DNA from: Monocercomonoides exilis PA203
Lineage: Eukaryota; Protista; Preaxostyla
Direction: 5' to 3'
NCBI GenBank assembly: GCA_001643675.2
Contig: LSRY02000024.1
Coordinates: 496,001-560,000, forward strand
DNA: 64,000 nucleotides
Part shown: piece by piece, positions 48,176 to 63,782 of the stretch
Layout of the letters: every line of letters starts with the position of its first letter
How positions within the stretch are numbered: the stretch's first letter is position 1
Notes under the pieces: model-generated
Told to the model about the DNA's origin: nothing
The model's database searches: none
The model's input: the letters and a program-made list of their open reading frames with translations, nothing else
Made by a program: the position numbers and the translations under genes

Positions 48176-51100
48176 TCATAATAAGCTTGATGAAAGAGGT
48201 TCATTCATCATTGCTTCCAACTCCAAAATATACTCATTATTTTTCTCTGTTCTCTTGTTCTTTTTTGAAGAGTCATGAAACACTGTTGTCACTTTTTTCT
48301 GCACTTTTCTTCCACATGGCCAGTCGATGTTCAGCAACGTTTCAAACACTGGCAAAACATTTCCAATATATCCGAAATACACAAAAGTTCCTCCCAGAGA
48401 TGAAAGAATCATAACTCCAGAAACTTTCATTGATCTTTGGGTGACAACAACAGTTTTATCCAGTTTCAGTTTGATATTCACACCAAATCCCATACTGTAA
48501 TGCAAATCTCGGTTAGTTGCAGTTGAACCATTTTCAAAAGAAATGTGGTTAATGAGATGGCCATCCTTTTTTGGAACAGATCTAAAAAATACATTTTGCT
48601 GGAAAATAGAATTGACCAGCTCCAACGTTATGTTTGTGGGATGATTGCCACTGTAAACGCAATCATTGCCACTGACTGTGAGTTCTTCAATCGAAGAATA
48701 ATAATTTTTCGAGTCAAACAATAATCTGTTCTCTTTATTTTGTGCAAGTATGGCCGAGTCAACAGATGCAAAAACTTTTATTGCACGACAAGTGGCTTCT
48801 CTTTCAGACGAAAACATTGAAAAGAAAGCGGAATAATAATCGTTCACTGGGAAATCAATATTGTTTGCATTAATTGAAATTAAGCAGTTTTTCGTTGGCG
48901 GATAAAAACTGTTGCCAGATTCGCTTTCTGTGCACGTTGGAGAGAATTGCAGCTTGACATGATCACTTACATCTAAGAAATACATACATACATACAAACA
49001 TACATAAATAAATAAATCAAAAAATAAATCAAAAAAAAAAAATAAATAAATAAAAATACAAAAAAATAAAAAAATAAAAAAATAAAAAAATAAAAAAATA
49101 AAAAAATAAAAAAATAAAAAAAAATTCTACTAAATTTAATCTGTCACAAACCAAATGGATCGAACATAGTTTTTCCAAAACCCAATTTTTCAGAGCATTT
49201 TGAGTCTTTTACACATTCGCCAGAGTAATCCATCAGTGTAAGATCGACTCTGAAATTTGCATTATTTATTTTTTTCAACTGAACATTTTCTTCCGAAGTT
49301 GCATCAACAGTTGTTTTTGTTTCAATAATATTGAATAATGCTATTCCCAAAATGTTAGAAATTATTGCGCCCAACACAAAAAACATGCCCACAATCGAAA
49401 TAAATCCTCCAAAGGTTGTTTTTTTGACCTGCTTGATAGTCTTATGCGTATTGGGATCAAGAGAATCAACGTACTTGTTCGAATAACCATCGAGTTTCCA
49501 CAAATACTTTTTTGATGGCAAGCAGAGGAGAATTAAAGCAACAGCAGCACCTATGCCTATTGAAGCAATATATGAAACCAAATTTGCTGTGAGCTCAGAA
49601 GAAGATGATATTTGATACAATTCCGGTTGTTTTGTCTTTGATGGATCATGAGAGGGATATGTGTTGTTATTTGATGCCGAACCCATTGGACAATAATGGC
49701 CTTTTGTGCAATTTTCAAATGCCAAAGAATTTGTTGAGTTGCTATATGTTCCAGGATTAACAGGAACACAACCATATTTTCGAGAACCACGTAATGTTCC
49801 AAATGTTCCTTTTGGACACGGATCACATTGACCATTGCTATACCCTTCAGAATACCAACCAGCTTTGCAAAATTGACATTCTCCATTTTCATCCTGATAA
49901 GAACCTGGGGCACACTCAAATGCGTCATTTTGAAGTTTGAATATTCTCAAGGAATCATATGCAATTTCCGTGACGATACGATTTTCACTGACCTGTCTCC
50001 CACCAAAACAGAAAACTTCTCGCTTTTGAACTGCACATCCAGCTTCAACAACATCAAGATGCTTTCCATTTGCAAGAAATGTTCCATCATCTTCGATCAC
50101 ATTTGCTGTTCTATTTTTGTTAATTTTGACAATCTTGAATGTGTCCATTGCTCTGCCATCGTTCATCCCTCCAAACATCAATACTTTATCATCTAATGGC
50201 AATGCATTCCCATCTTGATGATGATATGTGAGGACAAATTCTCTGTCAGCTTTTATGTCGTTAGAAGCATTGTGACTTGGATTCTTCATTGCGTAGGCAA
50301 CCGGTATGCGACCAAAGCCATGGAAAGGAAAAGTTCCTACCATTCCACCAAGAAAAACCACATTTGGAGATGCAGGTTCTTCGTTTTTTGTTCTCAAGTT
50401 TCGATTATTATTAACTTTTGTTGAATCAAAATTATCAGGATAATTTTTTTTATATTCATCACGCCCTTGATTTTGAAATTTTCCTTCGTTTTTCGGATCT
50501 ATCATGTCCATAACAAAGGCGCTGGTGCGATAAAATGGCGAGTTCAGAACTGAAGCATCCCATGCATCTATTTGAAAGTCAAACATAGATATAATGGTAT
50601 ATTTTGTTCCATAACTTGTTCGTCCTCCAACAACATATAAAAAATCCATGTACATTTCCATTGCTGCTCCATACACAGGAACAGGCTTATTAATTGAATT
50701 CTTTCCCAACTGTTTCCATAAACCAGTTAAAAATGAAAATTCCCACAATTCATTTGACGGCTCCACTTTTCCTGTTTGTGGATTCGGTCCCAAGCCACCA
50801 AATATTAATAACCTTCCATTATCGTGACAATATGAAGCAAGCTCCCTTGCTGGAGGAGTTTCTGAATAAACAGCAGGAATAACTTTGTTCCACTGATTAT
50901 TAGTTGGTCTCCATAAATACATATCATTAAATATTTCTCCAGTTTCAGGGTCACGACCACCATAAACGAAATATGAATCTCCTCTTGTTCCCACAATTGG
51001 GTTCACACGCGGAGAAGGCGCATAGTCGTTCACTTTGATAATTGAAATAAATGGTGACAAAAACTCATCTGATGAAGATGTTGAGTTGCATACTTGTGAA

Positions 51101-52305
51101 GAATCGTAATTGTCAGACTTTTCCAGCGAAGAAACAGTATCATCATAAGCAAATAACTTTTGATGAAAATTCGCTCTTCTTTCAATTGCTTTGCCAGAAT
51201 AAATATCATTTTCTATATGATTGATTGACAAATCCTCTTTCATAACAGAAATGAAATCAGCGTTCACATCAATCAACGTTCTTCCTCCAAAGATAAAAAG
51301 ATTTCCTTCGTTGTCTGTTGCACATGTGCAATCAAATCGATACATTTCCATTTTTTCTAATGATATTTCTTTGAAATAGGCTATTGATGGATTATTTCCA
51401 CTCTTAACAACTTCACTGAGATCAAGAATTAACAAAACATTGCAGACAGTGTATATGCTATTTGCCTGTTTTCCTCCAAAAATGTATGCAAATGCCTCAT
51501 TTGGAGAAAAGAAAGTGGAGTGCCCAAAATTGGTCCGAGAGTCGGGAATGAAGCTTTCCTTCACATTCTTATCCTGCATTTTCACTTTTTCCCAAGATTG
51601 AGTACCAACATTCAAGTTAACTCTGAACACCTTCATTTCAGGAATTGTATTTTCGTCTGGGTTCCCTCCATATACGACTGCATATCCATTTGAAACTATC
51701 ATTCCAGCACCGAAACATGGCTCAGGAGCATCTGCACTTGTAGATATGTTCAGTTTTGTCCATTGATTTGCTCGAATGTCAAATTCCCACAGATCATTCA
51801 GAAGGCCTGATGCGCCGATTCCTCCAAAAATATATAGCCTTTCCCCATCCGTTGCATATGCCATTGATTGTCTTGCTTCTGGAATTGTATCACTTTCATC
51901 CACTTCTTTCCATTCTTTTGATGAAAAATCAAATGCCCAAAGAGCGTTTGAAAATCCACTATCTTGCCACCCACCCCAGATGAAAAACGTGTTATTCACT
52001 CTGAATTGAGCAAAATTCTTAACCAATGGTTTTTTGCTTTCCAACGGCAAGTGCAAGCGCTTTATGTGCAAAGGGTAAAGTTCAACAACGTAAGCATCCG
52101 TTAATATGCGGTCATCATACGAGACACCTCCGTAGACGAATAAGCTATCTTTTCCATTGTTTGTAAAAAACTGGACAAAAGAAGAATAACGCGGATTAAT
52201 TTGACTGCCATATGCAGGAAATGTTTCCACAGATTTCACAATCTGCTTTTCTTCATAACAACAAGCATATTTGATGCAAAACAAACCAAATAAAACTCCA
52301 ACCAT
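48176..52305 (-). CDS. Kelch-repeat and Cys-rich (CxxC..G[YT]Y/GCC2-GCC3-like) multi-pass membrane protein; intron 48973-49151
   Basis: Signal peptide; about 10-12 Kelch blades ([YF][IV][FY]GG...ND.W.[FY]D...W); CAPGSYQ, CKAGWYS, CPKGTFG repeats; three hydrophobic segments. The GT-AG intron joins ORFs 49144 and 48176 in frame (PF-D-VSDHV). Confidence 0.85.
48980..49125. repeat. Intronic simple repeats (TACA)n and (AAAAAAAT)n
   Basis: Directly visible inside the Kelch gene intron. Confidence 0.85.
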
Positions 52306-52961
52306 TATTTTTGATCTGATATATAATATAAAACAGATTGAATTTTAAAATTAAAATTATTGAAATGTTTAATTGGAACAATATCGTTTATTCAAACATC
52401 ACGCAAGAGGCAAGCAAAACCTGATAAAGCGTATGACGAAAAACTGCAAAATGAAGAAAAAAGATAATTAGATAGAAAATGAAAATATTCAATGAAATTA
52501 TTCAAGAAAAAAAACTGTTATTATCAGGTGAGAATAATTTTCTTTTTCATATTTTTTCAATTGAAACTTATTATTTTTAAGCTTTTAACCTTTTTCACAT
52601 TCATTGGAAACCTGACGATGATCACAAACCACGTTAATCACTTGTATTCCATTTATTAAAAATTATAAAAGATTTATTCTCTTCAATTTTGACTCAATGA
52701 TTTCGTATAAATGCATATTAACATGTGTTTTTTTAGTTATCTTTCTTTGATTAAACAATCCATTCTTTCATTTGAAGCTTTTAAGAACAGCTTTATCTTC
52801 ATATATCTTTGCTAAATATTTTCATTTTCAAAACGATGGTTCAAATACTGATGTTTTAATGGAAACTATAGAAGATCAAGCCAATTAATTTTGCCAAATA
52901 TGTGCGAATTCACTTTCATTAGGGTGATTTTTTTTCCAAGCAATACATTTTCAAAAAGCAG

Positions 52962-54368
52962 ATGATGAGAGTCACAGAAATGTTCAATGGTTGGCACTCA
53001 TTCTTGCTTTTGAATTCTTGATTATTGAATTTCTCTCAACATACTTTTTTCAGAATTGATTCATGAACTAGAAGATAGCTCTGATGCCGAGCGCAAATAG
53101 AAAATCGAAGAAAACGATGATATAGACGATTGAATGAATAAAATAGAATTTATATCTGTTTTCACACAAGATTTGTTCAATAAAATCGAAAAAAATGATT
53201 GAAGAAAAGAAAGTAACAATGGAGAATGCAATTTTGTTGATGAAACACATCGGATGCTGCAAAGCTTTGAAAGAAGCTTGGAGTTCTGGTTTTGAAGAAT
53301 CTTCGCTGAATAAAAGATTTGAGAATATGATAATTGAAGAAGATAAGAAAAACGTTGAAAAGAATGAAGAACTTTTGATAGATCTTTGCGAATGCTACAC
53401 ATCTTTGAACCACCATTTTCCATCAAAATTAATTTCAATCTATGTGACCTGTCTTTTGAAAGTTGCTTTGAAGAAGGAGGAAAACGAGGAGACTCAGAAA
53501 GAAGTGGAAATGGCTTTATTGACTTTGAGTTGTACTAAATCTAGTGTATGAACATTTGTATTTCATTTTTGATAATGAAAATATCTTTTCTATTTTAATT
53601 ATCAGTTTTTGAGGCAAAAATTGTATTTGAAAGAAATATCAGAAATCATCAAATATCATCGGGAACATCGCCATCTGACACAGCTTGCGAATCAGTCTGC
53701 TTGGCAGTTTTTGATAAAAAGATTTAACAATGACAAAAGCTTGGAAGAAGTGATTACGAATAAACTGCATTTCGCAAGAGAAGCAAAAAGAGAACTGGAA
53801 GGGCTGATAAAATGCGTGGATTGGAAGAGAGAAAAAGGAGAGGAAAAAAGAAAACAAAAAACAAAGAAGAGTTGGTTTATTTCGATGGCTCCAAACGTTG
53901 GAAATATTCTTTTTCCACTGGAGATTGCGGAATGAAGAGTGCGTTGGGTTTCTCAGCAGCGTTGTTCAGGTATTTCGAGCATCAAAGGATGATAATAGAG
54001 ATATTAGCGACAAGTGTATTTTCTGCATGAGATGTGCAGCAGAAAACAGAGTTGTCGAAAATGAAGACTTGCTGAAAATTGGAGCAGTTGATCTCATTTT
54101 GGAGGAGATTCAGGGGCCGACGTTGGATAACTATTTTTTGGAGAGACACATGAAATGCCTTTTGGATACTTTCAGAAGATTGAAAAATGAGGAGGACTCT
54201 AAAAACGAAGAGGTGAAAAGAAAGGCAACGAAAAGGAAGGTTTTTGAGAAGATGGAAGAAGAAGGATACGAAGATTGCATCATTGGGCTGCGCCATTACA
54301 TTTGTCTCGGTGAATTTAGGTATTTTAGTTTGTTTGAGAATTATCCAGATTATTTTGTGTATTTATAA
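52962..54368 (+). pseudogene. Helical multicopy family, copy 4 (TAG 53098, TGA 53131, frameshifts ~53190 and ~53860)
   Basis: Family motifs across ORFs 53195, 53609 and 53898; 5' end and intron 1 resemble copy 1. Confidence 0.8.
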
Positions 54369-54796
54369 TTAATCCGCAAAAACATTCACTTCATCTTTTT
54401 GAATTTCCATTTTATTATTTTTTATGTGAAACGCTCATTCACTCGAGAAAAAAGGGAATTATGACTTGAAAAGTGGATGAAAATGTTTTCACAAAAAATA
54501 TCAAGAATTTTCGAGAAAAATGAGAATATCTGAAAAGAATATAGTTTGAAATTTGAAGTTAAAAAAATCGATACAAAAAGAATCAATCCTGCTGAAATTT
54601 TCTGTTTGTGCTGTGAAACAAAAATTTATAACTCCGAAAAAACAATCAAATAACAGCAAAATTCATTCGAAAAAAAATCTCCAGAATTTCAAAGCCAATA
54701 ATTTCAAAACAAAATAATGGAGGATAAGGAACACTGGTTTGCTATTTCACAGTTCATCTGATTTTTGAGTTACAATGTGAAATGCATCTGATTTCT

Positions 54797-56217
54797 TCAG
54801 ATATTCACAAAATAATCAGAAATATTTAAAGATAATTTTCCAGAATTAAAATATATTACGTTGAGAATAGCAAATGTTTCATAAAAGCCAATGATGACAT
54901 CTTCATATCCTTCTTCTTCCAACTTTTCAAATATCTTTTTCACTATCTCTTTTCTTTTCATTTCTTCCTTTTCATCTTTCTCCTTCGCTTTCAATCTTCT
55001 TGAAACAAACGTAAGGTGTTGCAAACAATAATGCTCCATCATATCATCCAATGTATGTCTCTGAATCTCCTCCAAAATGAGATCAATTGCCTCACCTTTC
55101 AATAAATCATCAACTTTCACTGCTCTAATTTTTGTGGCAATTTGAAGAAAATGAATGCATCTTTCTCTGATTTCTTTGTGATTCTCTTTTGCAGCTCGAA
55201 ATACCTTAACAACGCTACCAATAATTCCTGTATATTCTTCATTCCGCAAACGACAATTCCAAAAATAAATGTTTAACGTTTCGATCCATCTCATTAAAAG
55301 AAGCTCTTCTTTTGTTTCGTTTCCTCTTTCTTCTTCTTTTCTCTCCCAATCCACACTTCTTGTCAGCTCTTCCAATTCTATTGCTGCCTCTCTTCCAAAA
55401 TGCAGCTCATTCGCAATAACATCTTCCAAACTTTTGTTATAGTATAATCGGTTCATTAAAAATCCCCAAGCTGATTGATAAGCAAGTCGCGTGAGGTTGT
55501 GATGCTCCTGATGATATTGAATAATTTCTTTCATATCATCAAAAAACAAATCTTTTTTGATTTCCTGTTCGACAATAAACGAAGAAAAATAAATAAAGTC
55601 AAAAACGAAATTGAAATGTTCATACAACATATTGGCTGATGTAACTCAAAGCCATGAAAGCTATTTCAACTTCTTTTTGAGTTTCTTCATTTTCCTCTTT
55701 GTTCAACGCAACTTTCAAAAGGCATGATACACAAATAGAACGTAATTTATTTGAAAATATGCTGCTTAGCAAAAGATAGCATTCCCAAAGGTCAGCCAAA
55801 AGCCTTTCGTCCTTTTCTTCTTTTTTCTCTTCTTCTTCAATGATCATTTCATTTAATCTTGATTTCAGCAAAGAAAATTCAATGCACCTATTAATCATAT
55901 TTTTCAAAACTGTGCAATATCCAATGCGCTTCAACAGCAACAAAGTGTTTTTCATTGTTATTTTCTTTTCTTCAATCATTTGGTGAATTTTATTGTACAG
56001 TTCTTTTGTGAAAACGACATTAAATTCTTCATTATTCATTCCATCAATTATTTCATTCATTTCAAGGATTTTCTGCTTCTGTTCGGTTTCATTGCAATAC
56101 TCTAATTGATCAAACAATTCTTCAATAAAAACATAGAAATAACAGAAATAAACAAGAATTCAAATGCAACAACGAATTCAAACCTGTGAAGTGTTTTGTG
56201 TTGTCAGTCTCCTTCAT
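54797..56217 (-). CDS. Helical multicopy family, copy 5 (apparently intact); introns 56120-56183 and 55565-55625
   Basis: In-frame GT-AG joins; HHNLTRLAYQSAW, EEEGYEDVII, SDYFVNI*. Confidence 0.85.
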
Positions 56218-58480
56218 CTTTGAAAACAGATTGCATTCAGAAAACAATACCATTTTGATTATCGCATTGAATCAGCATTTGTTTGGACAGAAGAAGCAGA
56301 CGAAAAATTAAACCTCAAAATTGTTATGTAAATGTATGCATTCATACTGTTTTTCCTATTGTTGACATTCTGGCAAAGAATTATGAAGATAAACAACGAT
56401 TAATATTTCAAAGATTGTTGTTATGGATTTCACGATCATTTAATTGTTTTTGAACCGAAATGTTTTTTTGCAAAATGACAGAACAGCATGTGAACATCAC
56501 CTATGAAAAAAAGAAACATCATATCCTAAGATTTCAGAAGGCAATGATGGAGATGGCTCGATTTTGGAATTCAGACTGATGATTTTTGAAAATTGAAAGA
56601 CAGACGAAATGCATCATTTTAATAATGAAATGAAAATATTTGTTCGTGCGCATATTATATGGTTTTTATTTATTATGAAGGCATTTCCATCTGCATCCTT
56701 TCCAAAGCCCGGGAATCCAACTTATTGTTGAAATGGCCAATCTCCGCTTTGGAGAGCAATACGATGAGGATCGAGCTGATTATAATATGGCCATTGGAAA
56801 ATAAATGAAATTACTCAAGATACATGATTTTCCTAAATTCATGATTGGAACAAGAGGTGAAAACAAATTCAGATGAAATTAAGTTGAACGAAGACAAAAG
56901 AGGAAGGATTTCTATGAAAAAATCTGGATGAATCAAAATTAGATACAATTTTGGAACATAAGGAAGTTGAACGGTTTTTTAGCAAAAAAAGTGGTTTGCC
57001 AACCAAGGGAAGAATATTTATCACAAAAAGAAAGAAGAAAAGAAAAGAATGAAAAGAATGAAAACAATGCGATTGGAGCTTGATGGAATTTTGTGTTGAA
57101 CTGCCTTCTTCTTTTTGCGATAAGAAGAAAAGATCTATGTTTTGTGGAATTTTTATTTACCATTGAAGACGGCAACTCATATCATAACAACACAGACATG
57201 AAAGATATATTTGGGTTCTGGCTCAATCATTCATCTTACTGATTATCGAAAAAAAACATTGTGTGGAGGAACGACAAGTTATGCTATTTTGTCATTTTTC
57301 TTCATTTGGGGCATATTGAACAGGAAGGAGCAGCAACATCACTGTTCTGTTAAGATCTGCTTTGATTTCATCAGGATTTCCAAAATGCTTTGTTATCGCG
57401 TTCTTCTTTTTCATTTTCTTCTTCTTCTTCATTTCGAATGTGACTCTTTTGTCATCCATCCAGCCTCAGGAGGTGGACTCCCAAGTTCCTTGGTCGTGCA
57501 CTCATCCAGTTGCATTATCAGCAGCTGGATTCCTTCAATTGGTTGTGCTTCAGAACGGTTATCGAATGATGCGTAAGGACAGGAACAGATTGCATAGAAT
57601 GAATACAAACAACGCTGGGTTTTTTTCCTTTGTTAAATATTTTTTTTCAAAAAAAAAATGAAACAACGTGCATTCCACGAAAGCAAATTAATTATTTTTT
57701 TTTTGTTCTTGCTTTTGCCTCACAACAATAAATCACCCCATTTCTTTTGATGTTTCTGTCTCATCTGACTCTGTGGTGTGCATCTTTTCTGATGATGTTG
57801 GCCTTTGTTGTTTTTCTTCATGGCACGTGATTATGTGACAACTGAAGGGTTGGGCCTTTTCCTTCAACCACTCGTCGATCATGTTCTCCATGCTCAAGAA
57901 CTTTTCAACCGTCATTTTGTGCATATTTTCAGAGGTTCATTTCTTTTCATCATCCACAATCCAGTGGACATTTTGCAAATGAGCTTAAAACGCAACAGCT
58001 TCAAAATATGCCAATCCTTCAACAATCACATGTTCATGTTTTCAGTTTCATTCTTCTTTCACAAATAATAAATTGCAAGAATGAACTTTCTTCATATTTT
58101 CAAACTTGTTTGCTTCCTTTTTCTTTTCATTCAAACTCAATTATTGGATTTGCAAATGAACAAACTCCAAAATCAATAATCTTTCATTTTCTAATTAATT
58201 ATTGGTTCGATCAAATCGAAACAAAAGATTTGTGTTTCCGTTCTTGTGCTGCTTCGCCTGGTGGTTTCATCCCACTTGCTTTTGCATTTCTTTTTATTAA
58301 GCAAAAACAAAGCAGCATATATTGCAGTCTTTTTTATTTTGCTTGGCAATCGCTTTTGTTTGTATTTATCTTTTGTTTCATCGGGTGAAGAACAATTTTG
58401 AACAAATAGAAAAAACGCAAGCTACAAGCAGAATGAGCTCATGTGATGATAATGATATACGATTTCGTGTGTATCAGGAG

Positions 58481-59919
58481 ATGTGCCGAAGAACAGAGTT
58501 TTCAAGTTTGCTCGATTTGCTTGATTTGCTTGATTTGATTGAAGGAAACTGATGTTGTTTCGCATTTCCTTTTTGATTTTTGAAGTGTTATTCAATGAAC
58601 TGGAAGATTGCCCAGAAATGAAGCAGAAGCGGAAAATCGAAGAAATGAATGAAATAATTGATGAAATGGGCGAAGTTGAATTTCAATACGTTTTCACGGG
58701 AATCTATTCTATAGACTGCTTTGTATGATTTGCATGAAGAATTTATCGATGGGGAATGCCCTTTGCTGCTGAAACACATTGGATTCTGCAGTGTGCTGAG
58801 AAAAATTTGGATCATTGGCTTGAAAACATCTTCGCTGAATCAAAGTTTCGAACAGATGATAATCGAAGAAAATGCGAAAAAAAAAGAAAAGGACGAAAAG
58901 CTTTTGGCTGATCTTTGTGAATGCAGTTTTTATTTGAGAGATGACTTCACGTTTAAAATGATTTCAATTGGCGTGCCTTGCATCCTGAAAGCTGCACTGA
59001 ACAAGGACGAAAGCGAGGAGATTAAAAAGGAAGTGGAAATGGCTTTGCTGTCATTGTGCAACATTGAACTTTCCGTATGAGAATTTCATTTTCCTTTTTC
59101 ATGTTTTTATTTTATTTTTCACATTTTTATTTTTTATTTTTTGAAAAGTTTGTCGCAAAAGAGCTGTATTTGAATGAAATCAAAGAGATCATCCTGTACC
59201 ATCAGGAGCATCGCAACCTGACGCGGCTTGCGTATCAATCGGCTTGGGAGTTTTTGAAAAATCGATTGCTGGATGAGAAAAGTTTGGAAGAAGTGATTAT
59301 GAATGAGCTGCATTTTGCGAAAGAGGCAGCAATGGAATTGGAAGAGCTGACAGAATGCATTGACTGGAAGAGGAAAAAAGAGGGAAGAAGAAGGAAAGAA
59401 GCGAAAGAAGTGCTTGTGCTCAAGAGGTGGTTCTACGTTATTGAAAATGACTTGTCGCTGAGGAAGTTGTGGAATAAAGAATTTGTTGGGCTTGTCGGCA
59501 GCCTTGCGGGGCTGTTTCGAGCAGCAAGGGGTAATTGCAAAGAAATCAGCTATCAATGCTCGAATTCAATCAGAGAAGCAGCGGAAAAGAAAGAGATGGA
59601 GGTTGAGGACTTGCAGAAGGGAGGTGCGATCGATCTGTGTTCAGAGGAAATGAAGCAATCAACTTTGCTGGATGAAGTTTTGTGGGATTGCTTGTATTTC
59701 TTTTTGGATATTTCAGAAAGACTGAAAGAAAAGACTGATAATGAAGCTGGAGAAGCTGGCGAAGCGAAAAGAAAGGCAGCAAAAAGGAAAATGTTTGATC
59801 AGATGGAAGAAGAGGGATACGAAGATATCGTTGCAAGCTTTCATGGAGTGATTCCATTTTTTAACAAAAGATACAATGAATTAACAAAAGATTTGGCAGA
59901 TTATTTTGTGAATGTTTGA
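58481..59919 (+). pseudogene. Helical multicopy family, copy 6 (frame disrupted at ~58700-58765; second intron ~59075-59148)
   Basis: Family motifs in ORFs 58721 and 59077; two apparent 1-nt losses in exon 2 relative to paralogues. Confidence 0.7.
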
Positions 59920-60787
59920 GGAAGTTCTTTTCATTTGAATTTGTAACTCAAAAATTGTTTTTATTATTTTTTTATTTTATTCATTTCACAAAAGAGAGAG
60001 AGAGAGAGTTGTCATTTCAAGAATTATTTTTTTCGATTTCAAAAAAGAAGAGAAGAAGAAAAGATAGGTTTCTGGATGATGCACTGGAAAGTGGAGAATC
60101 AACCTACACCTTGAAATAGGCATAGACAGTCATTTTTCCATCATATGAAATGATCTTTACTCGAAGTATTTGAAGATTTTTTTGAGAAAAATAGCCATAT
60201 GCATAGATGAAAAATCATCCACATTTTTATCATTTTGTCACAAACAATTAATATTTTCTGGTGAAACCATCACTTATTGACCTTTTCTTAAGCCTAGCGA
60301 TAATTATACGAAAACAATTAATTATGTTACCCAAAAAATACTTATTTCGGAAAGTAATTTTAGAAATAATAATTAAACGAGTATTATTATAAATGGTTTG
60401 ATCAAAAGAGATATCGATTGATAACCCAGGTCATTGCACAAGAAACAACTTTAATAAAAATTTGCATGAATGATAAACTTTATTATTGACTGTTACATGC
60501 TTTTATTCTATTTTTTTGGAAGCTTTTTATCAAACAAATCATGCACAGCGTGCATACAGTTTGTGCAAAAAATACCGAACATCGCAAAAAATATCGGACA
60601 AGATCGATTTCTCAATTGCCACTCAAAGAGAAAATCTGTAATTGTTCCTCTTAATATATCTCATCAACACAAACTCACGTGACATACAAGACTTTTATCA
60701 ATTCCTCGTTAATGCTCAGAAAAAGATTATTTAAAAAAATCTCGGAAAAATAGGATTTTGAGTTTCTCCGAAATTTCAATATATATT

Positions 60788-61044
60788 TGGGTGATTATTT
60801 TTGTAAACATATTTTTTCTTTCAAAAATTTTGGTTCGGATATTTCCCTTGAACATCAACAAAACAACACAGAAAAAGGAAAAGGTACACAAATGATATTT
60901 TTATCTATGTTTAAGCAAAAAAGTTTGATTTTGTCACAATTGCAATTCAAAAAATATGAAAATGATAATTTTCAATCAATTTTCAAAAGAAAAAAATAAA
61001 TTTAACACCCAGAAAAAAGTTATGATTTCAAAAATAATCACTCA
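60788..61044. mobile_element. ~257-bp MITE-like element sharing both ends with the 11481-13298 Tc1-containing interval
   Basis: tgggtgattatttttgtaaacatattttttc ... gaaaaaagttatgatttcaaaaataatcactca. Its left ~120 bp resemble the reverse complement of 13175-13296; its right end resembles the reverse complement of 11483-11525. Confidence 0.6.
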
Positions 61045-61684
61045 TTTTTTCTGAGTACAAACGAGGAAGTTTAAAAAGTTTTGTGTTTCAAACAAGTTTG
61101 CATTGATGAGATATATTTTGAGGAAAATTAACAGAATCATTCCTCTTGCAGTTATTGTGAAATCGATCATGTCCGGTATTTTTGGCGATATCTGTATATC
61201 ATAATTATATCTTTTACAGTCATAGAGAAATCTATTCAGTCCGGCATTTTGCGTACAATCTGCATTTGGTCATTAATTTTTTTTATTATTTTAATTTAAT
61301 TATTTTAATTATTATTATTATTATTTTTATTATTTTTGAAAATTTCTATCAATCATTATTTCAAAAAAAAAAATTACAATAAAAAATATTTTTTAGTGAT
61401 TGTTGAATAATAATGTTATGAAAAGTGATTCAATTATAATTTCATTCATCATATATAAACAACACATTATTTCTGAATGGGCGAAACGGAAAAAACAAAC
61501 AAAATGTGAATTATCCTGAAAAACAAATAAATTGCAAAAAGTTGTATTATCTATGTGTATTTTGTAAGGCCATATTTTTTTTATCGAAGGCTGAAGGAAA
61601 TGATGAATTTGCAAAAGATCAATTTTGAAGGTTCTTTATTTTTAACCATAATTATATTATTTGTTCGGTTTTGTCAAAATTATC

Positions 61685-63782
<2,098 letters not shown>

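Noticed and set aside
45521-53133. In-frame TAG codons (45521, 45638, and 53098 aligned to CAG) hinting at TAR=Gln recoding as in Streblomastix
   Set aside because: The 3712-aa and 2404-aa ORFs contain no in-frame TAR, several genes end in TAA, and copy 4 also has a TGA and frameshifts. Ordinary decay explains them.
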